A DNA stretch of 63,056 nt, counting the filler, from Octopus bimaculoides (taxonomy: Eukaryota): the NCBI RefSeq assembly GCF_001194135.2. It is 6 parts of 5 records of this genome, joined end to end, with 100 filler letters (N's around TTAATTAATTAA, not from the genome) between each part and the next. Parts side by side here need not be neighbours in the genome. Positions count along the whole stretch, not along the records: positions 34,000 to 44,894 come from NC_068981.1; positions 44,995 to 57,467 come from NC_068981.1; 4 more parts are not named here. One strand, given 5' to 3'. Position 1 is the first letter of the stretch. Each line of letters starts with the position of its first letter. Positions 35,985 through 47,465 of this stretch are shown one piece after another. Both the position numbers and the translations under genes were made by a program. The notes under the pieces are model-generated. The model saw nothing but the letters and a program-made list of their open reading frames with translations. It had not been told where the DNA came from and ran no database searches.

Positions 35985-38880
35985 TCATCATCATTTAATG
36001 TCCTTTGTCCATACTGAAAAGGCTGCACCGGACTCCAGTCTGATTTGGCATGGTTTTCTATGGCTGGATGCTCTTCCTAACACTAACCACTCTGAGAGTG
36101 TAATGGGTGCTTTTACGTGCCACTGGCATGGGTGCCATTTGCGTGACACTGGTAACTGCCACAACTGCGATTTTGCTCAGCTTGATGGGTCTTCTTCTCA
36201 AGTATGACATAATGTCAAAGGTCTTAGTCATTGCCTCCATGAGGCCCAACGGTCAAAAGGAACTCACCACTTTGCCTCCATGAGGCCCAACACTCAAAAG
36301 GATTTCAGACACTTTGCCTCTGTGAGGCCCAACACTCGAAAGGAACTCAGCTACTTTGCCTCTGTGAGGCCCAACACTCAAAAGGTGCTCTTCATGTGCC
36401 ACCTGCATAGGTGCCAGTTACATGATACCAGCATCAGCTATGACAATGATTTCACCTAGCTTGATGGGTCTTCTCAAGCACTGCATATCACCAAGTCTCA
36501 GTCACTAGTCATTGCCTCTGTGAGGTCATTGCTTCTGTGAGACTCAAAGTTTAAAGATCATGCTTCCCCACTTCATCCCATGCCTTTCTGGGTCTACCTC
36601 TACCACAGGTCCCCCCCCCACACACACACACAGTTAGAGATTGGCACTTCTTTACACAGCTGTCCTCATTCATATACATCACATGACCATACCAGCACTG
36701 CTGTCTCTCTTGCACACCACATCTGATGCCTCTTATATCTAACTTTTCTCTCAAGATGCTTATACTCTGTCAAACATGCACACTGACATTGCACATCCAG
36801 CAAAGCATGTAGGTTTCATTTCTTTCAAGCCTATGCATGTCCTCAGCTGTCACAGCCCATGTTTTACTGCCATATAGCACAGCTGTTTGCACACAAGCAT
36901 CATATAAATTGCCTTTCACTCTGAGAGAGAGGCCCTTTGTTGCCAGTAGAGGTAGGAGCTCTCTGAACTTTATTCTCGGAGCACCAACCTCCACAACTAA
37001 CTTGGTCACCTACATAACAGAAGCTATCTACTACCTCTAGCTTGATCCCCTGGCAGTTGATGGAGCCTATTTTCTGACCATTTTCAACATTTATTGTACC
37101 TGTGCCTCTTCCACATACAAAAGCTAGTTTCCCTGTTAACCTTCCTCTGATATTGCTGCACATTTTATATGTCCAAAGCTTACATCAAATGCATCTTATG
37201 GAGTTTCTACCTATGTCTTTTCTACAGGTTGAGCAGGGCCATCTACCTGAAGGGATTTGTGATTTATCTGCCTTCCTACTTACTAAGACTTTGGTTTTTA
37301 TTAGGTTAACTCTAAGGCCCTTCAATTCTAGACCTTGCTTCCATACCTGGAACTTCTTCTCAAGTTCTGGTAGTGACTCAGCAATTAGAGCAAAGTCATC
37401 AGCATAGAGGAGCTCCCAGGGGCAGCCTGTTTTAAATTTCTCTGTTATTGCCTGGAGGACTATGATGAATAAGCGGTGGCTGGGTACTAATCCTTGGTGA
37501 ACCCCTATTTGTACCCTGAATTCTTCGCTGTGCTCATTGCCAACCCTCACTTTACTGGTAGCATTCCTGTGCATAGCTTGAAAAGCTCTCAAATCCCTGG
37601 TTTCTTCATTGGCCACCGGAAAAGGGATTGGGGGACCCTGTCAAAGGTTTTCTCCAAGTGAATAAAAGGCCAAGTACAGAGGTTTATCTTTAGCTAGGTA
37701 TTTCTCCTGCAGCTGCCTTACCAGAAATATAGCATCAGGGGTGCTTCTCCCTGGCACAAAACCAATCTGTGTCTCATCTAGGCTAACTCTCTCCCTAATT
37801 AGTCGGGTTATGACTCTCTCCATAACTTGCATCACCTGATCCAACAATTTGATACCTCTGTAATTACTTCTATCTAAGGCATCACCTTTACCTTTGTAAC
37901 AGTTGACTATGGTACTGCTACACCAGCCACTGGTTATGACTCCTTTGTGAACCACCTGATTTACAATGTGGGTGACTAGACATAACCCACACCGCCAAAT
38001 ATTTTAAGCATCTCAACAGCGATTCCTAATGGGATAGGGGCTTTCCCTGTCTTCATATCCTTAATTGCTTTATCTACCAAGGAACTGTCAATTCAGGTAG
38101 CTGGTCTCTCAATTAGGTCGACATTTGGCAGACTCTCCTCCTCCCATTCATTCTCCACGTTCAGCAGTCTTTCATAACGACATTTCCAAGCCTCTTTCGT
38201 TGCAGAATCATTAAATGCAAGTGCACCTTCATCCATGCAGATACATTTCTCACCTATGACATCACGATTTTCTGTAACACACTGTCTTGTGATCTGAAAC
38301 ACTTCAGTTTTTTGGTCCTCACGTCACTGAACATAGGCAGACTTCTTTTCTGCTTCTCCCTTGGATAGATATACCTGTCTCCTAGCTTCCCTTCTGGCTA
38401 TCTGATACAGCACCCTGCTACTTCCACTCTTCCAGGCCTGTTTCTTTGCTCTTATGGCCCTGTCTGTCACATCATTTCACCACGTTACTCTAGGTCTGGA
38501 AGAAACTTTGCACCAGCTGCAGATTTGGCCTGTGGCACTCGGCAGGCTGTCCCATAGGAATTCATAGTTGCCCTCTCTGTCACAAGTTTGTAGCTCCTCT
38601 TCCCTCTCATCAAATTTCTCAATTAAGATGTTTCTAAATCTCTGACCATATGAAGGGTCTTTAAACTTCCAAATTCTTCTTTTCCAGATTGATCTGCTTC
38701 TCTGCATCCTTTTGGCCTGGAGACTAAAATCACTAATAACTAGTCTATACTGGAGGGTACATTCTTCACCAGGGAAGGTCTTTGTGTTCAAGAGCAACCA
38801 TGCATCCTGCTGTCTGGTGGGAATGTAATCGATCTGGCTAGCAGTCACCTGATAGGTAGGTTATCAGGTGGCTGGCTGTG
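35985..38880 (-). mobile_element. RTE-clade LINE, ~2.9 kb, endonuclease C-terminus through RT and 3' UTR, decayed
   Basis: HLITY...SQIDY (APE C-terminus), NCYKGKGDALDRSNYRGIKLL, QIGFVPGRSTPDAIF, QIGVHQGLV, WELLYADDFALIA, KGLRVNL, GRGRPRKAW. Many stops and frameshifts. Confidence 0.95.
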
Positions 38881-39075
38881 AAATTTCTCAATCAGCTGTG
38901 GTGCTCTGACCACTGCTCTCCCTCCAACATCTCTCATCTCCTCTTTATTGTCCCTGAACCTGTTGTGCCAGCAAAAAATAGGTGCTCATTAATCCATAAG
39001 CAACATTTCATCAGTTTCTGGAGCATTTTTGTTCACTTTCACATAAAATTTTGTTGCATAGTGAGCATTCTGCAA
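38880..39075 (-). pseudogene. mariner-type transposase N-terminal (HTH) remnant
   Basis: QNAHYATKFYVKVNKNAPETDEMLL..**APIFCWHNRFRDNKEEMRD. Resembles the mariner QRYAIKFC.K..K.A.ET..ML...F.WH.RF motif. Confidence 0.65.
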
Positions 39076-39284
39076 GCCAATCAGCTGTGCCAAGCAATGT
39101 TTAATAGAGTATGTTCGAAGTGCTGTTACAACTGTTTCTTTCAATCTGGAATAAAAAACTAACAGTTGTATAGTAATGATATACTAAAATTAGAGTAATT
39201 TAGGACAAATATAACTATAAAAAAAAAAGCCTCCTAAAAAAAGGCCTCCAAGCTTCTGAATTCATCTTATAATCTTGTATCCTA

Positions 39285-39480
39285 CCTCATCAGATATTTT
39301 AAGCATCTCTGCAACTATCCCTGCAGCTTTCTCCATCTCTATATCCTTGATTACTTTATCTATCACACTGCTGTCTACTTCAATTGCTGGTTCCTATACT
39401 GGGTCAGCATGAGGTAATCTGTTTATCCTATGTGTTCTTCACATTCAGCAACCTTTCATAATAGCACTTCCACATCAGTT
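39285..39480 (-). mobile_element. Short decayed RTE fragment (region just upstream of RT)
   Basis: Similar to 38000-38170. Translates approximately PAIEVDSSVIDKVIKDIEMEKAAGIVAEMLKIS. Confidence 0.55.
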
Positions 39481-40453
39481 TCTTTTGTTCCATATCAATG
39501 TCCAGTATGCTTTCATCATTCCAAATATACTTTGTGCCAATTACATCTCAGTTATTTTACACACATTGTCTTGCAATTAGGATAGCAAGACAATGTATGA
39601 AACACTTCACTTCATACAATCTCTTCCTTTCTGCCTTTTAGCCAAGCACAGTTGCTGCCTAATATTAGAAGAGCATCTCCTACATACATACATACATACA
39701 TACATATATCCATGTATATATGTATACATTGCTGACATTTATCAGTGGTTGCTCACATTGTTTTGATATGCCATTTTCTATCATTAATAAAATTGATGGC
39801 ATTTTGACAACATGGGTATGCTAGTTACAGCAGAATTTATATTGTCATTTGTCCAATGCAAAGCATCTAGATAAGAATATTAGTTTTGCCCAGTGGTTTT
39901 GAGAGAGAGGGGAGAGAGAGGGCAAGAGAAACAGAGTTAAAGAACACAGACTCACACACACATGTCTGCATTCTTTAACTTGAGAGAGAGAGGTGGGGGA
40001 GAGGGAGAGAAAGAGAATTAAAGAACACAGGCATTAGAAAGTGAGAAATACACACATACTCTCCTATACTCACCTTAATTGTGTATAAATTAAGCGGAAA
40101 TTTTATAAAAATTGGAACCATAAAAATTAGTGTTTCTTTTGAAATTGTATAATCTGCATTATTTCATTTAAAAATGAAAAACTTTCAGTCATGAATAAGG
40201 CTGTAATTGAGAGAGCATGACTTTCCCATTCTCTCAGCAGAGGTTCATTTATAAATCCAAGAGCTTCATAATGATTACAGAGAATATTCATGTCACCAAC
40301 ATTGTAACTTTCAACCATATGTTTACAGTTTTTTGGACGTTCTCTCTCAATTTTCTTTTCTCTATCTTGAACATGTTCTCTTATCTCTTTGATTCATATT
40401 TTCCCTTCTACACTGCTCTGTTGCTCTAGTGATTCGATGCATCACTTCTCTTT

Positions 40454-40545
40454 ATGTCATTGCCTATATCCATGTCATTGCCTATATCCATGTCATTGCC
40501 TGTATCCATGTCATTGCCTATATCCATGTCATTGCCTATATCCAT
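40454..40545. repeat. 18-bp minisatellite x5 (ATGTCATTGCCTATATCC)
   Basis: Five near-perfect tandem units. Confidence 0.95.
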
Positions 40546-41744
40546 CTCATTTTTTCCTGTTACATTATCGGTCATCTGTTAATGTATCTATCTAGTCTGA
40601 CAATACAAACTTCATATAACAAATTATAAAAAAAAATAACATCCACAATTATTTTGCTCAGTTATTTTATTTTCATTGAAAAATCTAGCTTTCTATTTAT
40701 GAGAAGATTATTTTCATATCTAATTTACACCTTCCTTCTAGCCATTGATGTATTTGTCAATGTAGATAGAGAGATAAATAGACTAACAGATAGAAGATTT
40801 AAAAAATGAGTATTAAAATGTTATTTTCTTGTCAGTCACAATAATATATATAATATCCCTCTTCTAAGCACTTTACATTTCTCTCTCTAACTTCAAGAAA
40901 CTTTTTAACCATGTAATACCCTTATTCACATCATTATGATTTCTCTCTTTCTCTTCACTTTTCACTTTCACTAACCATGTGACAAAGTAATGCATTGGCT
41001 GGCATAGCATCTCTCTATCTGCTTCTCACCTTTAATATAACTGCCTTTCTCTCCATCTGCATTTCTTTAACCCAACCACCAAAATATTACCACTCTGCTG
41101 AACATAGTATTTCTGAATCTCTTTATATCTCTCCCGTCAACAAACCTTTTAACTACATAATAACTATTACTTCCCCACTAATTCATGTTGTTAACACTTC
41201 TCTTTCCCACTTTTTCTCTCGCTCTTTGCCTCTCCCTTCAATTAAACACGTAACAGCATGACACATTTGGTCTTAGTGTATCAATATATCAATAAACGTA
41301 CATACACACACATGCATACAGCTTATTCACACTTAATTGTATATAAATGTATATATACACGCACACATTCATGAGAGAGGATTGTGACAGAAGTGCATCT
41401 GTGACAGAGAGAGAGAGGAGTCATGTGAGGTAAAGAAGGGAAGAGTTAAAGACTGACTAAAATATAAAAAAAACTAAATTACACTCGAGTGTGGAATACT
41501 GGATGAAGACATTTGTCCCTGCTTCAATTGGTTGTTTATTTTCCCATTTCCACTTTAGCAGTGTGGTCATTTGATCTACATCTCTTTCTCTTTCTTTCAG
41601 TTTTATTGAACGCCTCTCTCTCACACATTTTCTCTTTTTTGTTTCTTATCCTTTCTCTCTTTCACTCTTTTCTTCCCTTCTCTCTCATACTCTTTCCCCC
41701 CTCAAAATGGAGAAAGATAAAACAAAATGGCTGGAATATTTCAA

Positions 41745-41900
41745 TATATAGGAGCAAGCATAGCTATGTAGTAAAAAGCTTGTTTCCCAATCACATGGTT
41801 CCAGGTTGAATCCCACTGCATGGCACTTTGGACAAGTGTCTTCTATTATAGCCTTGGTCCGACCAAAGCCTTGTAAGTGGATTTGGTAGCTGGAAACTGA
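41745..41900 (+). mobile_element. SINE family C, 5' part
   Basis: CACATGGTTCCAGGTTGAATCCCACTGCATGGCACTTTGGACAAGTGTCTTCTATTATAGCC...GGAAACTGAAA. Confidence 0.75.
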
Positions 41901-41928
41901 AACCCCTTGTATATATACATACAGACAA

Positions 41929-41973
<45 letters not shown>

Positions 41974-42439
41974 NNNNNNNNNNCTCTTACTTGTTTCAGT
42001 CATTTGACTGTGGCCATGCTGGAGCACCACCTTTATATATATATATACACACATATATACACACACACACACAATGTATTTTTTTATGTGCTACTATTAG
42101 TTTCATGTGATGAGAGCATGCCAGTCAGTATTTTTTAACATGTCTGGTGTCCTAGCACTATCTTCAGGCACTGCCCACATGACATAACAAACTAAAAATG
42201 GGACAATAGGATGAGAGAAAAAGAGGAAAAATGAGAAAAGTCAAGAAATAAGTAAAGGTGAAAGGTTGAAAAACCAGAAAAAAAAACCTGGAAACAAAAA
42301 AAAGCAAGAAGCAAAAGGTGAAGAATTAGAGTTATTTTCCCTTTGACCATTTTTAATAGACTATAGATAAGTATATATATGTATACACATGTTTTTATTC
42401 CATATCAGCCCATGTTTTCTCTGATGAATAGGCATCTTG

Positions 42440-43555
42440 ATCAAGATGAATTTCTGCACTATTTGGGGCAATTTATAATGTCTTGATAAATCTTCCTGGG
42501 TCTCCCTCTTCTGTGGGTACCATCCACATTCATTGATCAGCACTTCTTCATATATCTGTCCTCATTTATATGCATCACATGTCCAAACCAATGTAGTCTT
42601 CTCTCTTGTATGCTACATTTGATTTCTCTTCTGCCCAACTTTTCTCTTAATACATTTACACTTTGTTGTACACTGATATTGCACATCCAACGGAGCATAA
42701 TACCTTAATTCCTCTCCAATCTACGCATGTATTCTGCATTCAGAGCCCATGTTTCACTACTATGGAGTATAGTCGTTCACACACAAGCATCATATAGTCT
42801 ACCTTTCATTCTGAGAGTGAGTCCTTTTGTTGCCAACTGAGGTAATAGCTCTCTGGACTTCCTCCACCTAATTCTTATTCCAGAAACAATACTTTCAGAA
42901 CATCCACCACCATTGCTAATTTGGTCACCTAGGTAACATAAGCTATCTACAACCTCAAGAGAGCCTCCTGAGCATTTGTGAGAACCTAAGTCCCGTGTGC
43001 TCTTAGTGCTTATTGTTTCTGTAAATCTGCCACATACAAAGACGACTTTATCTGTTAATCTACCTGTGATTCCACTGCATCTCTGATGTGTCCATAGTTT
43101 ACACTAGGTGCAACAAATGGAATTTCCTCCAACTCCTTTCCTACTTACTGAGCAGGGTCATTCACCTGACAGAAAGAGAGTTTTATCTTCTTTCTTACTA
43201 ACAACAACTTTGGCCTTTGCTAGGTTAATTTTAAGACCCTTTGATTCCAGGTATTGTTTCCAGACCTGGAATTTCTTCTCCAATTCTGCTAAAGATTCTG
43301 CAATAAGAGCAAGGTCATCAGCATATAGCAGTTCCCATGGGCACCCAGTTTCGAATTCCTCTGTTATGGCCTGGAGGACTTAAGGAATAAGAGTGGGCTG
43401 AGAACAGATCCCTGTATTCATGACCAACTCTCACCTTAGATAAAGCACCACTGTACATGATTTGTACAGCTCTAACAAGTCACTCCTCTACTCCTAACTT
43501 TCTTAGAGACCACCATATAACAGAGTGGAAAGCTCTGTCAAAAGGTTTCTCCAGC
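42440..43555 (-). mobile_element. RTE-clade LINE RT fragment
   Basis: CPWELLYADDLALIAES...GLKINLAK, LTLRMKGRLYDACV...LHWFGHVM. Confidence 0.88.
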
Positions 43556-44894
43556 TGGATGCCCTTCCTAACACCAACCACTCAGAGAGTGTAGTGGGTG
43601 CTTTTACGTGTCACCTGCACGAAGGCCATTCAGGCGGTACTAGCAACGGCCACACACAAAATGGTGTATTTTATGTGCCACCCGCACAAGAGCCAGTCCA
43701 GGGGCACTGGCAATGATCTCGCTCGAAAATCCTACGAAGGCCAGTCAGGCGGTACTGGCAACGGCCACGCTCAAAATAGTGTATTTTATGTGCCACCTGC
43801 ACAAGAGCCAGTCCAGGGGCACTGGNNNNNNNNNNNNNNNNNNNNNNNNNNNNNNNNNNNNNNNNNNNNNNNNNNNNNNNNNNNNNNNNNNNNNNNNNNN
43901 NNNNNNNNNNNNNNNNNNNNNNNNNNNNNNNNNNNNNNNNNNNNNNNNNNNNNNNNNNNNNNNNNNNNNNNNNNNNNNNNNNNNNNNNNNNNNNNNNNNN
44001 NNNNCGCAAGCTGAGTTTCGTGTCCAATGAAGGAGACGACGTTGGCACGGGTGCCAGTTGTCGAATTTAGTTCGATTTCACTTGCCTCAACAAGTCTTCA
44101 TAAGCGGAGTTTAGTGTCCGATGTAGGAAAGGTACGCATGAGTGGGCTGGCTACACCCCTAGCAGAGGCCTTGGATTTAGGTCTCACTTGGCTTGCCAGG
44201 TCTTGTCACGCACAGCACATTTCCAAAGGTCTCGGTCAGAAGTCATCGCCTCGGTGAGGCCCAATGTTCGAAGGTCTTGCCTCACCACCTCAGCCCAGGT
44301 CCTCCTGGGCCTACCTCTTCCACGGGTTCCCTCAACTGTTAGGGTGTGGAAATCCTCGTCCATTCTCACCACATGTCCATACCAGCACAATCGCCTCTTT
44401 TGCACTGATGCTTCTTATGTTCAGCTTTTCTCTCAAGATACTTACATTCTGTTGAGTATGCACACTGACATTACACATCCAGCGGAGCATACTGGCTTCA
44501 TTCCTTGCGAGCTTACGCATGTCCTCAGCAGTCACAGCCTATGTTTCACTGCCATGTAGCATGGCTGTTCGTACACATGTGTCATACAGTCTGCCTTTTA
44601 CTCTGAGTGAGAGTCCCTTTGTCACCAGCAGAGGTAAGAGCTCTCTGAACTTTGCCCAGGCTATTCTTATTCTAGCAGCTACACTTTCAGCACACCCACC
44701 CCCACTACTAACTTGGTCACCTAGATGGCGGAAGCTATCAACTACGCCTACTTTTTCTCCCTGGAATGAGACAGAAGTTGTTTCCTGTTTGTTTACAGTG
44801 TTTATTGCACCTGAACATCTGCCACATACAAAAACTAACTTCCTGGTTAACCTGCCTTTGATATTGCTGCACCTCTTATGTGTCCATAGCTTGC
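43555..44894 (-). mobile_element. RTE-clade LINE 3' part (RT C-terminus + 3' UTR with ~117-bp tandem), least diverged copy
   Basis: RRLCWYGHVVRMDE...EGTRGRGRPRRTWAEVVRQDLRTLGLTEAMTSDRDLWK. The UTR retains many CpGs. Confidence 0.92.
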
Positions 44895-44994
44895 NNNNNN
44901 NNNNNNNNNNNNNNNNNNNNNNNNNNNNNNNNNNNNNNTTAATTAATTAANNNNNNNNNNNNNNNNNNNNNNNNNNNNNNNNNNNNNNNNNNNN

Positions 44995-45104
44995 CTCTGT
45001 CTATTTCTTTCGCATTTAGTTTAGCCCAGTATTTACCATGTAGGGGCTTTTCTTGCCATCGTTTTATCATGGTCCGTTGCTGTTCTAGTTTTAGTTTGGA
45101 TTTC
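44995..45104 (-). mobile_element. R4/Dong-like non-LTR fragment (post-RT region)
   Basis: KKSKLKLEQQRTMIKRWQEKPLHGKYWAKLNAKEIDR, containing a W--K-LHG-Y motif. Its 5' side abuts (TAA)n at 45105-45165. Confidence 0.65.
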
Positions 45105-45116
45105 TTATTATTATTA

Positions 45117-45162
<46 letters not shown>

Positions 45163-45165
45163 CAT

Positions 45166-45216
<51 letters not shown>

Positions 45217-45234
45217 TACTCTGCATAATTCGAA

Positions 45235-45400
45235 CTAAGTTCTGAGTTCAAATTCCGCCGAGGTCGACTTTGCGTCTCATTCTTTCGGGGTGGCGGTGGG
45301 GAGTCGAGATGAAATAGCTACCAGTTGTTCAGTTGGTCGATGTAAGCAACTAACCCGCTCCCCATAAATTTCTAGCGGCTTTGTGCCTATCAGAAGAAAA
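45235..45400 (+). mobile_element. SINE family B, 3' two-thirds
   Basis: GTTCTGAGTTCAAATTCCGCCGAGGTCGACTTTGCG...TTTGTGCCTATCAGAAG. Confidence 0.78.
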
Positions 45401-45404
45401 AAAG

Positions 45405-45430
45405 CACTACTACTACTACTACTACTGCTG

Positions 45431-45485
<55 letters not shown>

Positions 45486-45549
45486 CACTGCTGCTGCTGC
45501 TGCTGCTGCTGCTACTACCACCACCACCACCACCACCACCACCACCACC

Positions 45550-45585
<36 letters not shown>

Positions 45586-45600
45586 GCTGCTGCTGCTGTT
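45405..45600. repeat. Compound trinucleotide microsatellite (CTA)/(CTG)/(CCA)
   Basis: Blocks differ by single bases. Confidence 0.97.
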
Positions 45601-46049
45601 GTTTTATTCTTGCCGTTAATGTTTGTTCAGACTGTTGTTGATATTGATGTTGTTGGTTTAGTTATTTTTTTATCATATCATGTATTTCTGATTCAGATGT
45701 TATTGGTTTTGTTATTGACGTTGGCTGCAGCTTCTCAATGGTATTAACTTCACAGCCGATGTTCTTCTTATTGCTGTTGTCTTTTTTTTTTGTGTGTGTT
45801 CTTGCAGTATTTTTATTCAAGATCCGTTTGGTTTTGGTGTTATTTGTTTTACTGCTGTTGTGAATATTGATGGTGGACCTTTTTTTCTTTATCTCAGATT
45901 TAGTCTGACAAGGAAAGGCGATACCCATAAATATTACAGGGTGTTAAGAATTTAGTGGAGGAGGGAAAAGACGAAGAATATTCCATTTATTGATTGCTGC
46001 CGTAAGTAGCAGTGTGTCGCGATTTCATATTTTCGGAATATTCTTATTT

Positions 46050-47032
46050 TTTTTACTTGTTTCACAGCGACCGCCTTTAGTCGAAGAAATCGACGACTGG
46101 ACTTATTCTTTGTAAGCCTAGTACATATTCTATTGGTCTCTTTTGCCGAACCGTTAATTTACGGGGTCGTAAACGCACCAACATTGCGGGAACAAACACA
46201 GACACAAAATTCGATTACATACATACATACAGACAGACATACATATAGTTGAAATTTGTAGAAAAGCAGAAGGTGAAGACAGATGTATGAACAACAAGCA
46301 AGTGTATTAGTTTGACGCTCGAGAAAATGAAAAAGTCATTTACGTTTCGAGCCTACGCTCTTCAACAGAAAGGTATAAGAGAAAATAAAGAGAGAGAGAG
46401 AATAAAAATCACTTGTGGATTTAACGGTCCAATATATANNNNNNNNNNNNNNNNNNNNNNNNNNNNNNNNNNNNNNNNNNNNNNNNNNNNNNNNNNNNNN
46501 NNNNNNNNNNNNNNNNNNNNNNNNNNNNNNNNNNNNNNNNNNNNNNNNNNNNNNNNNNNNNNNNNNNNNNNNNNNNNNNNNNNNNNNNNNNNNNNNNNNN
46601 NNNNNNNNNNNNNNNNNNNNNNNNNNNNNNNNNNNNNNNNNNNNNNNNNNNNNNNNNNNNNNNNNNNNNNNNNNNNNNNNNNNNNNNNNNNNNNNNNNNN
46701 NNNNNNNNNNNNNNNNNNNNNNNNNNNNNNNNNNNNNNNNNNNNNNNNNNNNNNNNNNNNNNNNNNNNNNNNNNNNNNNNNNNNNNNNNNNNNNNNNNNN
46801 NNNNNNNNNNNNNNNNNNNNNNNNNNNNNNNNNNNNNNNNNNNNNNNNNNNNNNATATATATATATATATATATACGATGGGCTTCTTTCAGTTTCCGTC
46901 TACCAGATCCACTCAGAAGGCTTTGGACGGCCTGAGGCTATAGTAGAAGTCACTTGCCCAAGGTGCCACACAGTGGGACTGAAACCGGAACCATGTAGTT
47001 GGGAAGCAAGCTTCTTACCATACAGCCACTCT
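46050..47032 (-). mobile_element. SINE family C: 3' part 46050-46200 and 5' part 46860-47032, separated by a Penelope-like fragment and a gap
   Basis: 5' head is the reverse complement of GGAACCATGTAGTTGGGAAGCAAGCTTCTTACCATACAGCCAC. 3' part CTTGTTTCA...CCGCCTTTAGTCGA. Confidence 0.75.
46255..46430 (-). mobile_element. Penelope-like element terminal fragment with hammerhead-like motif
   Basis: Minus strand CTGTTGA A GAGC GTAG GCTC GAAA CGTA (46368-46341). The ~135-bp block is repeated at 49185-49320. Confidence 0.55.
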
Positions 47033-47079
47033 TGCAACTTAGTTTAACTTCAATAAAGGCATCCAAGAACGAGAATGTT

Positions 47080-47265
47080 GCGATAGAGCCATGCGATATC
47101 CGAGGATTAACAGATGAAAACAGATACAAGACATCGTATTTCCATCAATAAAGATTAGTAACGATAGATCTGCAGGAGGTTTACCTGTGTCACCACACAG
47201 CGGACGTTTGGTTTGAAGAGATTTGATGGAAATACTGTTGTTGTATTCGATATCATAAAAGCATT
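47080..47265 (+). mobile_element. Possible decayed CR1/L2-type RT fragment
   Basis: RSAGGL...FDGNTVVVFDIIKAF resembles RSTGDL...F.VALDISKAF. Stops and a frameshift. Confidence 0.35.
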
Positions 47266-47269
47266 TAAG

Positions 47270-47465
47270 ATGAGCTGGCACGATCGTTAGAATGCCGGAC
47301 AAAATGTTTGGCAGCATTTTTTCCAAATCTACATTCTCAGTTCAAATTCTGCCGAGTTTGACATAGCCTTTCATCTTACGGGATCGATAAAATAAGTATC
47401 AGTTCATGTAATCCACTTACTCTACCCCGAAATTTCCGGCGCTGTGCCAAAATGTGAAACCAATA
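47270..47465 (+). mobile_element. SINE family B
   Basis: GAGCTGGCACGATCGTTAGAATGCCGGACAAAATG...CTCAGTTCAAATTCTGCCGAG...TGTGCCAAAATGTGAAAC. Confidence 0.8.

Noticed and set aside
37185-37955. Functional reverse transcriptase or host gene
   Set aside because: RTE ORF2 broken by many stops and frameshifts, and 5'-truncated.
40389-40629. CHCLYP-repeat ORF, or a CRISPR-like array
   Set aside because: Head-to-tail 18-bp minisatellite with no spacers, no cas genes and a eukaryotic context.
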